DNA of 64,000 nt from Deltaproteobacteria bacterium (GTDB lineage: Bacteria; Myxococcota_A; Polyangia; Fen-1088): assembly GCA_033763315.1 (NCBI GenBank), contig JANRKS010000032.1, positions 448,001 to 512,000 on the forward strand, written 5' to 3'. This document shows, in pieces, positions 37,882 through 48,200 of this stretch (position 1 is its first letter; every line of letters starts with the position of its first letter). Both the position numbers and the translations under genes were made by a program. The notes beneath the pieces were generated by a model that made no database searches, was not told where the DNA came from, and saw only the letters and a program-made list of their open reading frames with translations.

Positions 37882-39120
37882 TTAGGATTCGAGGTAATTC
37901 AGGTCTTTTCCATACGTTTCGTGCAGCATCAGCAGGGCCCCCAACGCCAGCGCCAACGTCAAGGCGCCCACGGTGGCCGCGCTGCCCACGATGCCCAAAG
38001 GTTTCTCCAGGCTGCGGAACAGCCACGTCAAAAGGGGCACCGAGCCGCGAACGAAATTAGGCGCGGTGGTTGTGACGGTGGCACGGATGTTGGTGCCAAA
38101 CTGCTCGGCGGCGATGGTCATGAACACCGCCCAATAGCCCGTGGCCACGCCCAGCAGCGCGCAGCAAGCGTAAAAGGCGCCAAGCGACGTGTGGCCCACA
38201 GTGAAGTAGACAACGATGCTCACGGCTGTGAACACGATGAAGGCCGCCACAATCTTCTTGCGGGTCTTGAGCCACTGGCTCAAAAGGCCGCTGCCCAGAT
38301 CGCCGACCACCAAACCAGAATAAGCGAAAAGAATCGCTCGGCCCGCGCTGGGTGCCACCGGCATGCCGAGGGCCGAGCCCAACTCGGGTGACAGCACCAC
38401 CAACAGCGCGATCACGTACCAGATGGGCACGCCGATCAGGATGACCGCGAGGTACCGGCGCAGTTTCTTGCCGTCGCGGAACAGCATGAAGAATTCGCCG
38501 CGGCCGGTGTGGCTGGCTTTCGCGGCCTCAAACATGCCTGACTCCAGCACCCCCACACGCAGCAGCAGCAGAGCCAAGCCAAGGCCACCCCCGATGAAAT
38601 ACGCCACGCGCCAACTCCACAGCTCTCCCACCAGCGAAGCCACGATTGCACCCAAGATTCCCACCGAGGCCACGATGGCGGTGCCATAGCCGCGCGATTC
38701 CTTCTTCATAAGCTCGGCCACCAAAGTGATGCCAGCGCCCAATTCGCCCGCCAGGCCCAGCCCCGCAATGAAGCGGGCCACCGCGTATTGCGGGACCGTG
38801 GTCACAAAACCATTGGCGATGTTGGCCAGCGAATAGCAAATGATGGAGCCGAACAGGACCGAGAGCCGGCCCCGCTTGTCGCCGATGACGCCTGCGACGA
38901 TGCCGCCCACGAGCATCCCGTACATTTGCACGTCCAAAAGGAACAGGCCTGTCGTTTTGAGCGCGGCACCTGTGATGCCCAGGTCAGCCAAGCTCTTCAC
39001 GCGGATGATGCCAAACAACAATAGATCGTAGATGTCGACGAAATATCCGAGGGCGGCCACGAGTACGGCCATGGTTACAGCGGAACTCGCGCGCGTGGTG
39101 GGAGAAGGGGAGGACAACAT
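37882..39120 (-). CDS. MFS transporter
   Basis: Motif A GVIGDKRGR, RFIAGLGLAGE, EQFGTNIRAT; ~12 TMs. Confidence 0.92.
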   Translation of the reverse strand: MLSSPSPTTRASSAVTMAVLVAALGYFVDIYDLLLFGIIRVKSLADLGITGAALKTTGLFLLDVQMYGMLVGGIVAGVIGDKRGRLSVLFGSIICYSLANIANGFVTTVPQYAVARFIAGLGLAGELGAGITLVAELMKKESRGYGTAIVASVGILGAIVASLVGELWSWRVAYFIGGGLGLALLLLRVGVLESGMFEAAKASHTGRGEFFMLFRDGKKLRRYLAVILIGVPIWYVIALLVVLSPELGSALGMPVAPSAGRAILFAYSGLVVGDLGSGLLSQWLKTRKKIVAAFIVFTAVSIVVYFTVGHTSLGAFYACCALLGVATGYWAVFMTIAAEQFGTNIRATVTTTAPNFVRGSVPLLTWLFRSLEKPLGIVGSAATVGALTLALALGALLMLHETYGKDLNYLES

Positions 39121-39260
39121 GGGCGCGCATCATAGGTCACAGGCGCCCAGGCGGGGAGGTTTCGTTGCGCGAAAGTAGCGGCACTTTAGGTGTTGGACCG
39201 CTGCTGTTACGGAGCTTAGCGAAAGCGGTTCAAAGATGACGATGGCCGGCAATCTAGGCG

Positions 39261-39276
39261 TGGCCTGCTCTATGCA
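39261..39276 (+). promoter_or_regulatory. sigma54 -24/-12 promoter motif
   Basis: TGGCCTGCTCTATGCA (GG-N10-GC), upstream of the 39313 ORF and csbD. Confidence 0.6.
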
Positions 39277-39312
39277 TAAGTCACGAGGTGAACCCAATAA
39301 AGCAGGTGCAGG

Positions 39313-39831
39313 ATGGACCTTTTTACGGAATCAGCTCGTGGTGGCAACAACATAACAGGCTTGCGTAACTTCGCGTGCGTGGGTTTGTGCGTGGCCGCCT
39401 TAGGCGCTTGTGGCACAAGTGGAGCCGAACATAAACGCAGCGAATATGGGGCCACGATGTCATCCACCTGCCCGGCACCCATCAAGCGCAGCGTGGTGCG
39501 CGTTGTGTACGGACCACGGCAAGCCACGGCTGTGTGGATGTTGCCCGCAGGCATGCTTGGTTCAAAGTCGCCTCACGATCTTGCGGTGCTGCAACAACAC
39601 GTTGCTGACCTTGCGGAGCGCATGACGGCGGAGTCGGTCGGAACTGCCGATCGCATCGTTCGCTACGAACCCAGCGAATCCGGTGCCGCGATCACTGTTG
39701 AGGATTCGAACGTGGATCGTCTGGATACCACACGCGAAGAATTTGATCGTTACGCAGCTTTATCGAACCAAGGCGAATGCGCTACCACGGCCCTGCTCAA
39801 CGTTGCGGCCTCTGTAGCCTCCGCTGATTAA
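39313..39831 (+). CDS. Hypothetical lipoprotein
   Basis: Lipobox ALGA-C near N-terminus; start uncertain. Confidence 0.65.
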   Translation: MDLFTESARGGNNITGLRNFACVGLCVAALGACGTSGAEHKRSEYGATMSSTCPAPIKRSVVRVVYGPRQATAVWMLPAGMLGSKSPHDLAVLQQHVADLAERMTAESVGTADRIVRYEPSESGAAITVEDSNVDRLDTTREEFDRYAALSNQGECATTALLNVAASVASAD

Positions 39832-39873
39832 CAACCCACGGCCCATAAGCGGCCCCACAGAAAGGTAAACGTC

Positions 39874-40071
39874 ATGAATTGGGACCATGTAGAAGGCAAA
39901 TGGAACGAGTTCAAAGGCCAATTGCGCTCCAAGTGGGCGAAGCTGACCGATGACGATTGGAACCAGATCGGTGGCAAGAAGGACCAACTTTTGGGTCGCT
40001 TGCAACAGCGCTATGGGTATCAGCGTGACGAAGCTGAACGCGAAGTTGATTCATTCATAAAGTCCATCTGA
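39874..40071 (+). CDS. csbD: CsbD/YjbJ-family stress protein
   Basis: MNWDHVEGKWNEFKGQLRSKWAKLTDDD...GRLQQRYG...EAEREVD; AAAGG RBS. Confidence 0.93.
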   Translation: MNWDHVEGKWNEFKGQLRSKWAKLTDDDWNQIGGKKDQLLGRLQQRYGYQRDEAEREVDSFIKSI

Positions 40072-40092
40072 ACAATCAATAACTCAACATTT

Positions 40093-40130
40093 AAACGCCG
40101 GAGGGGATCATGCCTCTTCGGCGTTTTCCA
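40093..40130 (+). terminator. Intrinsic terminator after csbD
   Basis: AAACGCCGGAGGGG...CCTCTTCGGCGTTT stem (with G-U pairs) followed by a T-rich tract. Confidence 0.65.
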
Positions 40131-40274
40131 TTTTCTATTTCTCTCCCGGCATAGTCGCTCCTTTTCGTAGTGATCAAGGAACGCTTGCGCGGGCATGTTT
40201 CCAATATGTCCCGATCACGCGCCTCATACCCGAACAAACCCCAGATTTGTAACGATATCGCTGCGAGTTTCCTT

Positions 40275-40290
40275 CGGCACACTGCTTGCT
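40275..40290 (+). promoter_or_regulatory. sigma54 -24/-12 promoter motif
   Basis: CGGCACACTGCTTGCT, close to consensus YTGGCACGNNNNTTGCW. Confidence 0.75.
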
Positions 40291-40364
40291 GAGGGGGAAG
40301 ACAACAAAACGAGGAGCACAAGGGGTGTTCCGCAATATCGAAAGATAGGGACAGGAGATAAATT

Positions 40365-41084
40365 ATGAAGACCGCAATTTCGACTTTGGGTATGGGCGTT
40401 GTGATGTCGATTCTGGGTTTGCAAACCACGGCACAAGCACAGGTCGTTGTGCCCGATCCAGATCCAAACGGCACTCAGGTGGGAGCGGGTGCACCTTCTG
40501 AGGCATTGCCTCCTCCTCGGTCAGACAACGATGCACAGCCACCGGTGGCTGCACCTATGGCACCTGGCGTGGGTGTAACCAAGCAAGCTGGTGTTGGTGG
40601 GACGCAAGCGTACGGTCGTGCAGGCGTGCTGGAGTTGGGTGGCTCGGGTGGCTTCTCTATCTCTGATCGTTACAACCGCTTCGAATTGGCTCCTTCGGTT
40701 GGTTTGTTCATTGCTGACAACCTGGAGATCTCCGTGATTGGCGCTTACAGCCGGGTTCACGTGGACGGCCAAGGCACCTCGCCCGGTGCCACGGCCTCTG
40801 AGTTCAAGCTCCTTTTGGAGCCAAGCTACCACTTGCCATTCTCTGAGGTGCTCTTCGGGTTTTTCGGCTTGGGCGCGGGTGTGAAATACCTCTCGGGTCA
40901 AGACACTGGTTTCGCCTTGGCTCCTCGCTTGGGCTTAAACATCCTGATCGGTCGCTCAGGCATCCTCTCGCCTTCACTGAACGTCGATTACTCGACTGTT
41001 GACGTGATCAACACGCCAAGCGGAACTGTGGTGGGTGTTCAGACCTCATACGGGATGAACATTGGCTACACCGTGATGTGGTAA
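40365..41084 (+). CDS. Small outer-membrane beta-barrel protein
   Basis: Signal peptide (AQA), Pro-rich linker, ~8 amphipathic strands, C-terminal aromatic (GYTVMW); AGGAGA RBS. Confidence 0.75.
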   Translation: MKTAISTLGMGVVMSILGLQTTAQAQVVVPDPDPNGTQVGAGAPSEALPPPRSDNDAQPPVAAPMAPGVGVTKQAGVGGTQAYGRAGVLELGGSGGFSISDRYNRFELAPSVGLFIADNLEISVIGAYSRVHVDGQGTSPGATASEFKLLLEPSYHLPFSEVLFGFFGLGAGVKYLSGQDTGFALAPRLGLNILIGRSGILSPSLNVDYSTVDVINTPSGTVVGVQTSYGMNIGYTVMW

Positions 41085-41106
41085 CGCGAATCGAAGGGCT
41101 TAAACG

Positions 41107-41748
41107 ATGCGCTTACTTTTAATTTCGACTGTTCTGTGTGTGGGGTTCGGTTTAGGAGCATGCAAACGGCCAGCGGACAAAGATGTTGTTGAGCCAGGCA
41201 TGCAAGGACAACAGAACAGTATGGGCGGCATGGTGGGTGTTGTGGCAGGTGCGGCGGGTATGGGTGGGGCTGCGGCAGCAGCGGCAGGTGGCGAACCTCT
41301 GCATGCCGATGAGGTTCCGCAAGCCGGATCGAATGCGGCTGCCGTTCAAGGGGCGGGTGGGGCTGCGGTGGCAGCCTCAGCAGATGACGCAACACCAATG
41401 ACAGCAGAGGAAAGTGCGACTTACCACAAGCTGTGCCACTTCGTTCTCAAACGGATGGCGGCGTGTGCAAAGGATCCCGGCTTTCTCAAATACCAGGGCC
41501 GCTGGACAAGCAAGGGCGCACCAAAAGCGGGTGGTCCCAGTTTCGAGAAACGAATTATTTCTTGGGGCGCTGAGGGCGAGCGCGCCAACAGCTGTAAGAG
41601 TTGGTCGACACGTCCGGGCACGCGCGCTCACTTCGTAACGAAGGGCAAGCTTTCAAGCTTGAATGAAGACTCGAAGCTGTCGTGCGAAATGTTCGGGCAA
41701 GAGTTAGACGACGACGGTTGGTTCCCGGCGACGTTGAGCGACACATAG
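41107..41748 (+). CDS. Hypothetical lipoprotein
   Basis: Lipobox GLGA-C, Gly/Ala-rich linker, C-terminal domain with 4 Cys. Confidence 0.7.
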   Translation: MRLLLISTVLCVGFGLGACKRPADKDVVEPGMQGQQNSMGGMVGVVAGAAGMGGAAAAAAGGEPLHADEVPQAGSNAAAVQGAGGAAVAASADDATPMTAEESATYHKLCHFVLKRMAACAKDPGFLKYQGRWTSKGAPKAGGPSFEKRIISWGAEGERANSCKSWSTRPGTRAHFVTKGKLSSLNEDSKLSCEMFGQELDDDGWFPATLSDT

Positions 41749-41798
41749 CCCATTCACTAAACTAACCACAGCTTAGACGTCTGCCTTCGGCATAGACG

Positions 41799-41835
41799 CG
41801 CAGAGAGGACGCCTCACAACGGCGTCCTCTCTGCG
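41799..41835. repeat. 15-bp perfect inverted repeat (hairpin/terminator-like)
   Basis: CGCAGAGAGGACGCC-tcacaac-GGCGTCCTCTCTGCG. Confidence 0.85.
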
Positions 41836-41925
41836 TATCGGACTCGTTGTTTCGACGATGTGGCGCTTGTGTGGAAACGGTGTCGAACAAAGCCCGTGAC
41901 ACGACGTGGAGTGGGAGAGTTCATG

Positions 41926-41941
41926 TGGCATGGGAGTTGCT
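41926..41941 (+). promoter_or_regulatory. sigma54 -24/-12 promoter motif
   Basis: TGGCATGGGAGTTGCT, 26 nt before the BON gene ATG. Confidence 0.78.
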
Positions 41942-41966
41942 GGAAATGTCAGGCGGAGGAAACACG

Positions 41967-42449
41967 ATGAATCCAGTGAAACTTGGACTGTTGGTTGGGA
42001 TCTTGGGAATGGGTTCTGTGGGCAACGTAGCGTTGGCTGCAGACAAAGCAGCGCAGAAGGATCGGATCGAGGATCGCGCTGACCAGAAAAAGGATCAGAT
42101 TGATCGCAACGCTGACCGGCAAAAGGCGAAGGTGGATGAGGACGCCGAGCGGGCCAAGGATCGCGTTGACGGCAAGGATCGTGATGGCAAGGTCACCGCA
42201 AACGAAAAGACGAGCGTGGGTGAGGAGGTGACCGACGCATGGATCACCACCAAGGTGAAAAGCAGCTTCATTGGAGAAGACGCTCTCAAGGGATCCGACA
42301 TCAGTGTGGACACGGAGAACAAGGGTGTGGTGGTGCTCACGGGCACGGCTCCCACGGTGGGTGCGCGCTTGCGTGCGGCTTCACTCGCGGCGTCCGTTAA
42401 GGGCGTGCGCAGCGTTCGCAATGACATCCGCATTGCGCCCGCACGTTAA
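41967..42449 (+). CDS. BON-domain (OsmY-like) periplasmic protein
   Basis: GGAGGA RBS; signal peptide; charged repeat linker; DAWITTKVKS...ISVDT..GVVVLTG...VKGVRSVRNDI. Confidence 0.9.
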   Translation: MNPVKLGLLVGILGMGSVGNVALAADKAAQKDRIEDRADQKKDQIDRNADRQKAKVDEDAERAKDRVDGKDRDGKVTANEKTSVGEEVTDAWITTKVKSSFIGEDALKGSDISVDTENKGVVVLTGTAPTVGARLRAASLAASVKGVRSVRNDIRIAPAR

Positions 42450-42470
42450 TCGCTGAATCAACAAACAAGT

Positions 42471-42497
42471 CTCGGCCCTGCGGGGCCGAGGCCTTTT
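42471..42497 (+). terminator. Hairpin/terminator after BON gene
   Basis: CTCGGCCC-tgcg-GGGCCGAG followed by gccTTTT. Confidence 0.55.
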
Positions 42498-42524
42498 GGC
42501 TCGTTCATCAGGAAAGATCCGGCT

Positions 42525-43436
42525 ATGTGGATTGAGAACGTCCATTCGCACCACCAAGAGTCACCCACAGTGGCTCGGAAGCAGACGTTTCGTGCACTCG
42601 GCAAGATGTTGTGGGACGCCGCGAAGATGTGGCTCGACAAGAAATCGCCTCGCTTAGGCGCCTCGTTGTCGTACTACGCCGTGTTTTCAATTGCTCCGAC
42701 GCTGCTGGTGGCCCTTTCAATCGCGGGTCTGGTGCTGGGAAGCGACGCCGCTCAAGGGCGCGTGCTTGATGAATTGAAGACCGTGCTTGGCCCCGACGCC
42801 GCGCAACTGGTTCAAACGATGCTCGCCAAATCGTCCGAGCAAAAATCAGGCATCGTTGGCTCGATCGTGGGGATCGTCACTTTGATTCTAGGCGCCACTG
42901 CCGTGATGGTGGAACTGCAGGCGGCGCTCGACATCCTGTGGGATACGGCGCCGCGGACCTCGGGAATCAAAGCGTTGATCAAAGAGCGAATCCTATCGCT
43001 GGCGCTCGTATTGACTGTGGGCTTTTTGTTGGTGGTGTCGTTGTTGGTCAGTGCGGCCATGGTGGCGGTCTCGAATAGCCTTGGTCGGTACATGCCTGGC
43101 ATGGTGGTGCTGGGAACCATTCTGAACAACGTGGTGTCGTTCGGCGTGCTCACCGTGTTCTTTGCGTTGGTGTTTAAATATCTGCCAAACGCGAAGGTGG
43201 CTTGGAAGGACGTCTGGATGGGCGGTCTGCTCACTTCGGCGCTGTTCCAGTTAGGTCGTGCGCTCATTGCGCTTTACATTGGGCGTGCGGGCGTATCTTC
43301 GACGTTCGGTGCCGCCGGTTCGTTGGCTGTGTTGTTGGTTTGGGTTTACTACTCGTCGCAGATTGTTCTTATGGGGGCCGCTGTGACCCGGCTGTGGGCG
43401 GAGCGATTCGGTGGCGGCGCGCCGCGTGGCACGTAA
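42525..43436 (+). CDS. YihY/BrkB-family inner-membrane protein
   Basis: RLGASLSYYAVFSIAP, FKYLPNAKVAWKDV, FGAAGSLAVLLVWVYYSSQIVLMGA. Confidence 0.92.
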   Translation: MWIENVHSHHQESPTVARKQTFRALGKMLWDAAKMWLDKKSPRLGASLSYYAVFSIAPTLLVALSIAGLVLGSDAAQGRVLDELKTVLGPDAAQLVQTMLAKSSEQKSGIVGSIVGIVTLILGATAVMVELQAALDILWDTAPRTSGIKALIKERILSLALVLTVGFLLVVSLLVSAAMVAVSNSLGRYMPGMVVLGTILNNVVSFGVLTVFFALVFKYLPNAKVAWKDVWMGGLLTSALFQLGRALIALYIGRAGVSSTFGAAGSLAVLLVWVYYSSQIVLMGAAVTRLWAERFGGGAPRGT

Positions 43437-43509
43437 CGCCATCGCACCCCCGGTTACGTCTTTGTGACCGAAATCGTCGTAAATCCTGGGTGCGGAAACA
43501 GGCGTTTTG

Positions 43510-43525
43510 CGGCGTGGGATTTGCA
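43510..43525 (+). promoter_or_regulatory. sigma54 -24/-12 promoter motif
   Basis: CGGCGTGGGATTTGCA (GG-N10-GC), 21 nt before ATG 43546 of the kinase operon. Confidence 0.6.
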
Positions 43526-43545
43526 AGTCGTTGCGAAATACCCTT

Positions 43546-45276
43546 ATGCCTTCTCCAATTCCGGCGGCCACCCAAAGCCCAACTCCGGCCCCAGCGGCCA
43601 AGGCGGCTGTTTTACTGGTGGACGATAACCCGCACAACTTGGCTGCATTCGAGGCGTCGCTCGATGGCATAGACGCGGAGCTCATCAAATCAACCTCCGG
43701 TGAGCATGCGCTTAGGCAACTGTTGTCGCGCAACGACTTTGCGGTGGTGGTGCTCGACGTTCAGATGCCCATGATGGACGGGTTCGAGACGGCGCGCCTG
43801 ATGCGCTCGCGGCAGCGCAACCAGCAAACGCCCATCATCTTCGTGACCGCATACTCCCGCGACGACGTGCAGGTTCTTGAGGCCTATAAAATGGGCGCCG
43901 TCGACTTCTTGTTTAAGCCCATCACGCCCGAGGTTTTGCGCGCGAAAACGTCGGTGTTTATCGATCTGCACAAACGCTCGGAACAAGTGCGGATGCAGTC
44001 TGAGCTGCTGCGGGAGCACGAACGCCGCGAACATGAGCGGCTGTTGGAAGAAGAGAAGCGCGCTTGGGACGAATCAGCCATGCGCGGACGCCTTGAAGAA
44101 CTGGCGCGATCCGATCAACGCAAGGATGAGTTTCTTGCGATGTTGGGACACGAGTTGCGTACGCCTTTGGCGCCCATCGTGACGGCGCTTCATCTGCTCA
44201 AAGAACGGTTGGGCAACGCTGAGGACGTGGGCTCGCCCGAAGGGAAGATCTTGGCGACCGTGGAACGGCAGATGTCGCATCTGCGTCGTTTGGTCGACGA
44301 TCTGCTTGATATTTCGCGGATCAATTCAGGAAAGATCGAACTTAACCTCGTTGAGGTGTGTCTTGCGGCCCTGGTGAACGAGGTCGTGCAGGGGCTCATG
44401 CCCGCCGCGCAAGAAAGACAACACACACTTGAAGTTGAAATGCCGAGTGAACCTTTGGTGGTCAAAGGTGACGCCGTTCGGCTGACTCAGATCGCGACGA
44501 ACCTGCTGCAGAACGCGTTCCGTTATACAGAGCCGGGCGGACGCATCCGGGTGGGCGTGGTCCGACGCGGCAACGCGGTTGAACTTTACGTCACGGACAA
44601 TGGCACAGGCATTGAGCCGCAATTGCTTTCGGGGGTGTTCGACATGTTCGTGCAGCGGCGCTCGGGCGCCAATGGCGGACTTGGCGTGGGATTGACGCTG
44701 GTGCGGCGTTTGGTGGAGTTACACAGCGGCACGGTGCTGGCATCGAGTGAGGGGCTTGGCAAAGGCAGCCAGTTCACAGTGACGCTGCCCCTGCTTTACG
44801 CCGGCATCCGCGCCAAGGAAAACTGCGAGCACGCTGAAGCGCACGGCGTGGCGCAAGAGCCTCCCCAACTGACGAGCAGCGCTGACTTGCCTGTCGTCGC
44901 CGCCGCGGGAGACTCGGGTACGGTGGCGGTGATCGATGACAACGAAGACATTCGCGAAACCTTGCGCGAATTGCTGGAAGCTTGGAACTACAGCGTGCGC
45001 TGTGCAGGCGATGGCATTGAAGGCGTGGCTTTGATCCTTGAACACAAGCCCGTTGTGTCGTTCGTCGACGTTGGCATGCCACGCATGGATGGCTTCGCCT
45101 TGGCGAGGGAAATTCGCGGACGCTTAGGCGCCGCACCCACGCTGGTGGCGATGACAGGTTTTGGCCGGCCAAGCGATTTCGCTGAGGCCGCCGCCTCAGG
45201 TTTCAACGGCTATTTGGTCAAGCCCATCGACGTCAAAGATCTGCGCAAATTTCTGCCGGCCCCACCCAAAACATGA
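43546..45276 (+). CDS. Hybrid histidine kinase REC-HisKA-HATPase-REC, no sensor domain
   Basis: [16 protein letters not shown]; H-box LGHELRTPL; NLLQNA, DNGTGI, GLGVGL; second REC VIDDN..VDVGMP. Confidence 0.92.
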   Translation: MPSPIPAATQSPTPAPAAKAAVLLVDDNPHNLAAFEASLDGIDAELIKSTSGEHALRQLLSRNDFAVVVLDVQMPMMDGFETARLMRSRQRNQQTPIIFVTAYSRDDVQVLEAYKMGAVDFLFKPITPEVLRAKTSVFIDLHKRSEQVRMQSELLREHERREHERLLEEEKRAWDESAMRGRLEELARSDQRKDEFLAMLGHELRTPLAPIVTALHLLKERLGNAEDVGSPEGKILATVERQMSHLRRLVDDLLDISRINSGKIELNLVEVCLAALVNEVVQGLMPAAQERQHTLEVEMPSEPLVVKGDAVRLTQIATNLLQNAFRYTEPGGRIRVGVVRRGNAVELYVTDNGTGIEPQLLSGVFDMFVQRRSGANGGLGVGLTLVRRLVELHSGTVLASSEGLGKGSQFTVTLPLLYAGIRAKENCEHAEAHGVAQEPPQLTSSADLPVVAAAGDSGTVAVIDDNEDIRETLRELLEAWNYSVRCAGDGIEGVALILEHKPVVSFVDVGMPRMDGFALAREIRGRLGAAPTLVAMTGFGRPSDFAEAAASGFNGYLVKPIDVKDLRKFLPAPPKT

Positions 45277-48200
45277 CAACCACGTCCACCCCCAAAACCG
45301 CCTCCACAAAAGTACGTTCGGCTTCCAACGGCAACGGCGCCTCGCACGCCTCGCCCGTCTTGGACAAAGCATCAGACAAGGCATTCGAGAAAGCCATTCT
45401 CGCTGGTTTGCGGCGTTTGCAGCGCGGCGAATTCGACGCGCGCTTGCCACTTGACCTTGTGGGTACGCAGGGACAAATCGCCGAATCATTCAACGAGGTG
45501 GCCAGCCTTTTGTCTGCACAGGTGGCAGATATGCGCGCGCTGCGCTCCGAGGTGGCTGAGGAAGGGCGCCTGCACAAACGCATGCAGCGGGGCAGCGCCA
45601 AAGGCGGATGGTTGCAGCTGGCAAGCGACACCAACGCCCTGTTGGAGTCGTTGACAGAGCATACGGCCGACGTCATGCGCGTGGTGACGGCGCTTGGCAA
45701 GGGCGATTTCTCGCAACAAGTCGATCCCGACGGGCGCGACGGACCGCTCAAAGGCGATTTCCTGCGGCACGCCCGCGTGCTCAATGGCTTCACTTTGCAA
45801 CTGGTGAATCTCACCGAGGAGATCACAAAAGCGGCTGACTCGATTGCTGTGGAAGGCAAGCTTGGCACGCGTGTGCATGCACGCGGGGTGGCGGGTGCTT
45901 GGAAGGAATTGACAGCAGGCTTCAACCGCGTGGCCAGCAACCTTTCGGAACAGGTGCGCGAGATCGCTGAAGTCACAACTTTGGTGGCGCAAGGCGATCT
46001 GTCTAAGACAGTGAGCGTTGAAGCCAAGGGCGAGATGCTGGCGCTCAAAAAGACAATCAACACGATGGTGGCGCAGCTGGAAGCTTTTGCGTCCGAGGTG
46101 TCGCGTGTGGCGCGCGAGGTGGGCACCGAAGGCATTCTCGGCGGGCAAGCCCGCGTGCGGGGCGTTTCAGGTATTTGGCAAGAGTTGACCGAGAACGTCA
46201 ATTCGATGGCGCACAACCTGACGTCGCAGGTGCGCAACATCTCTGAAGTTTCAAGCGCCATTGCGCGCGGCGATCTGTCGCGAAAGATCTCGGTTGAAGT
46301 CAAAGGCGAGCTTCTTGACCTCAAGAACACCATCAACACAACGGTGGATCGCTTGGGCGCCTTCGCCGCGGAAGTGACGCGTGTGGCACGCGAGGTGGGC
46401 ACCGAAGGCGTGCTGGGCGGGCAGGCCACAGTTAACGGCGTCTCGGGCGTGTGGCGCGAGCTCACCGAGAGCGTCAATGGCATGGCCAACAACCTGACCA
46501 TGCAGGTGCGCAACATCGCCGAGGTGGTGACGGCGATCGCGCAAGGCGATCTGCGCCACAAGATCACCGTGGAAGCGCGTGGTGAAATCCAAACCTTGAA
46601 GGCAACGATCAACACGACGGTGGATAAGCTCAACCGTTTCGCGGCGCAGGTGTCGCGCGTGGCTCGATTGGTGGGCACCGAAGGCACGCTCGGTGTGCAA
46701 GCCGAAGTGTCGGAAGTCTCGGGCGTGTGGCGTGAACTCACCGACAACGTGAATCAAATGGGCCGCAACCTGACGAACCAGGTGCGCGACATTGCCACGG
46801 TCACAACGGCTGTGGCCAACGGCGATCTGACCAAGAAGATCACAGTGGAGGTTCGTGGTGAGTTGCTGCAGCTGAAAAACACCATCAACACGATGGTGGA
46901 TCAACTGAGCACGTTCGCTGATCAGGTTACGCGGTTGGCCACCGAAGTGGGCACCGAAGGCAAGCTGGGCGGGCAAGCCGACGTGCGCGGCGCTGCCGGC
47001 ACGTGGCGCCACCTGACCGATGCCGTCAACTCGATGGCGAACAATCTGACCCTGCAGGTGCGAAATATCTCGCAAGCCGCCACCGCGATCGCGGCCGGCG
47101 ATCTCACGCGCAAGATTGAGGTCGAAGCGCGTGGCGAAGTGTTGGAAGTGAAGAACACCTTCAATGCGATGCTTGACCAACTGGGTGCGTTCGCGGCGGA
47201 AGTGAGCCGTGTGGCACGCGAGGTGGGGATGGACGGCCGCCTGGGCGCGCAAGCTTCAGTGGCTGGCGTGCGCGGCATCTGGAAGGAGCTCACCGACAAC
47301 GTCAACCTGTTGGCCAGCAACCTCACCAGCCAGGTGCGTGACATCGCGCAGGTGGCCTCGGCCATCGCCCAAGGCGATTTAAGCCGCAAAGTGACCGTGG
47401 AAGTGCGGGGCGAAATTTTTGAACTCAAGAGCACGATCAACACCATGGTGGATCAGCTGAGCAGCTTCGCGGCCGAAGTGACGCGCGTGTCAAGAGACGT
47501 GGGCGTCGAAGGGGTCTTGGGGGGGCAGGCCGCGGTACGGGGCGTCTCCGGCGTGTGGCGTGAGCTCACGGACAACGTGAACTTAATGGCCAGCAACCTA
47601 ACCAATCAGGTGCGCGACATCGCTGAAGTCACGACCGCTGTGGCGAACGGTGATCTGACCCGCAAGATCACGGTGGAGGTGCGCGGCGAATTGGCCGAGC
47701 TGAAGAAGACCATCAACACGATGGTGGATCAGCTCAATGCCTTCGGCGCCGAAGTGAGCCGTGTGGCGCGCGAGGTCGGCACCGAAGGCGTCCTGGGTGG
47801 GCAAGCCAATGTGCCGGGCATTTCCGGGGTCTGGAAAGAGCTCACAGACAACGTGAACTTGATGGCCCGCAACCTGACGGCGCAGGTGGGCGGTATCGCG
47901 CGCGTCGTGACCGCGGTGGCACGCGGGGATCTTACCCAGAAGCTGGCGCTTGAGGCGCGCGGCGAGATTGCGTCTTTGGTCGATACGATCAACGGCATGA
48001 TTGATACGCTTTCGGTGTTTGCACAACAGGTCACCGGCGTGGCCAGGGACGTGGGTGTCGAAGGGCGCTTGGGGGGGCAAGCGGATGTGCCGGGCGCCGC
48101 AGGCCTGTGGCGCGATCTCACCAACAACGTGAACGAACTCGCCGGCAACCTCACGCGACAGGTGCGCGCCATTGGTGACGTGGCTACGGCCGTGACGAAG

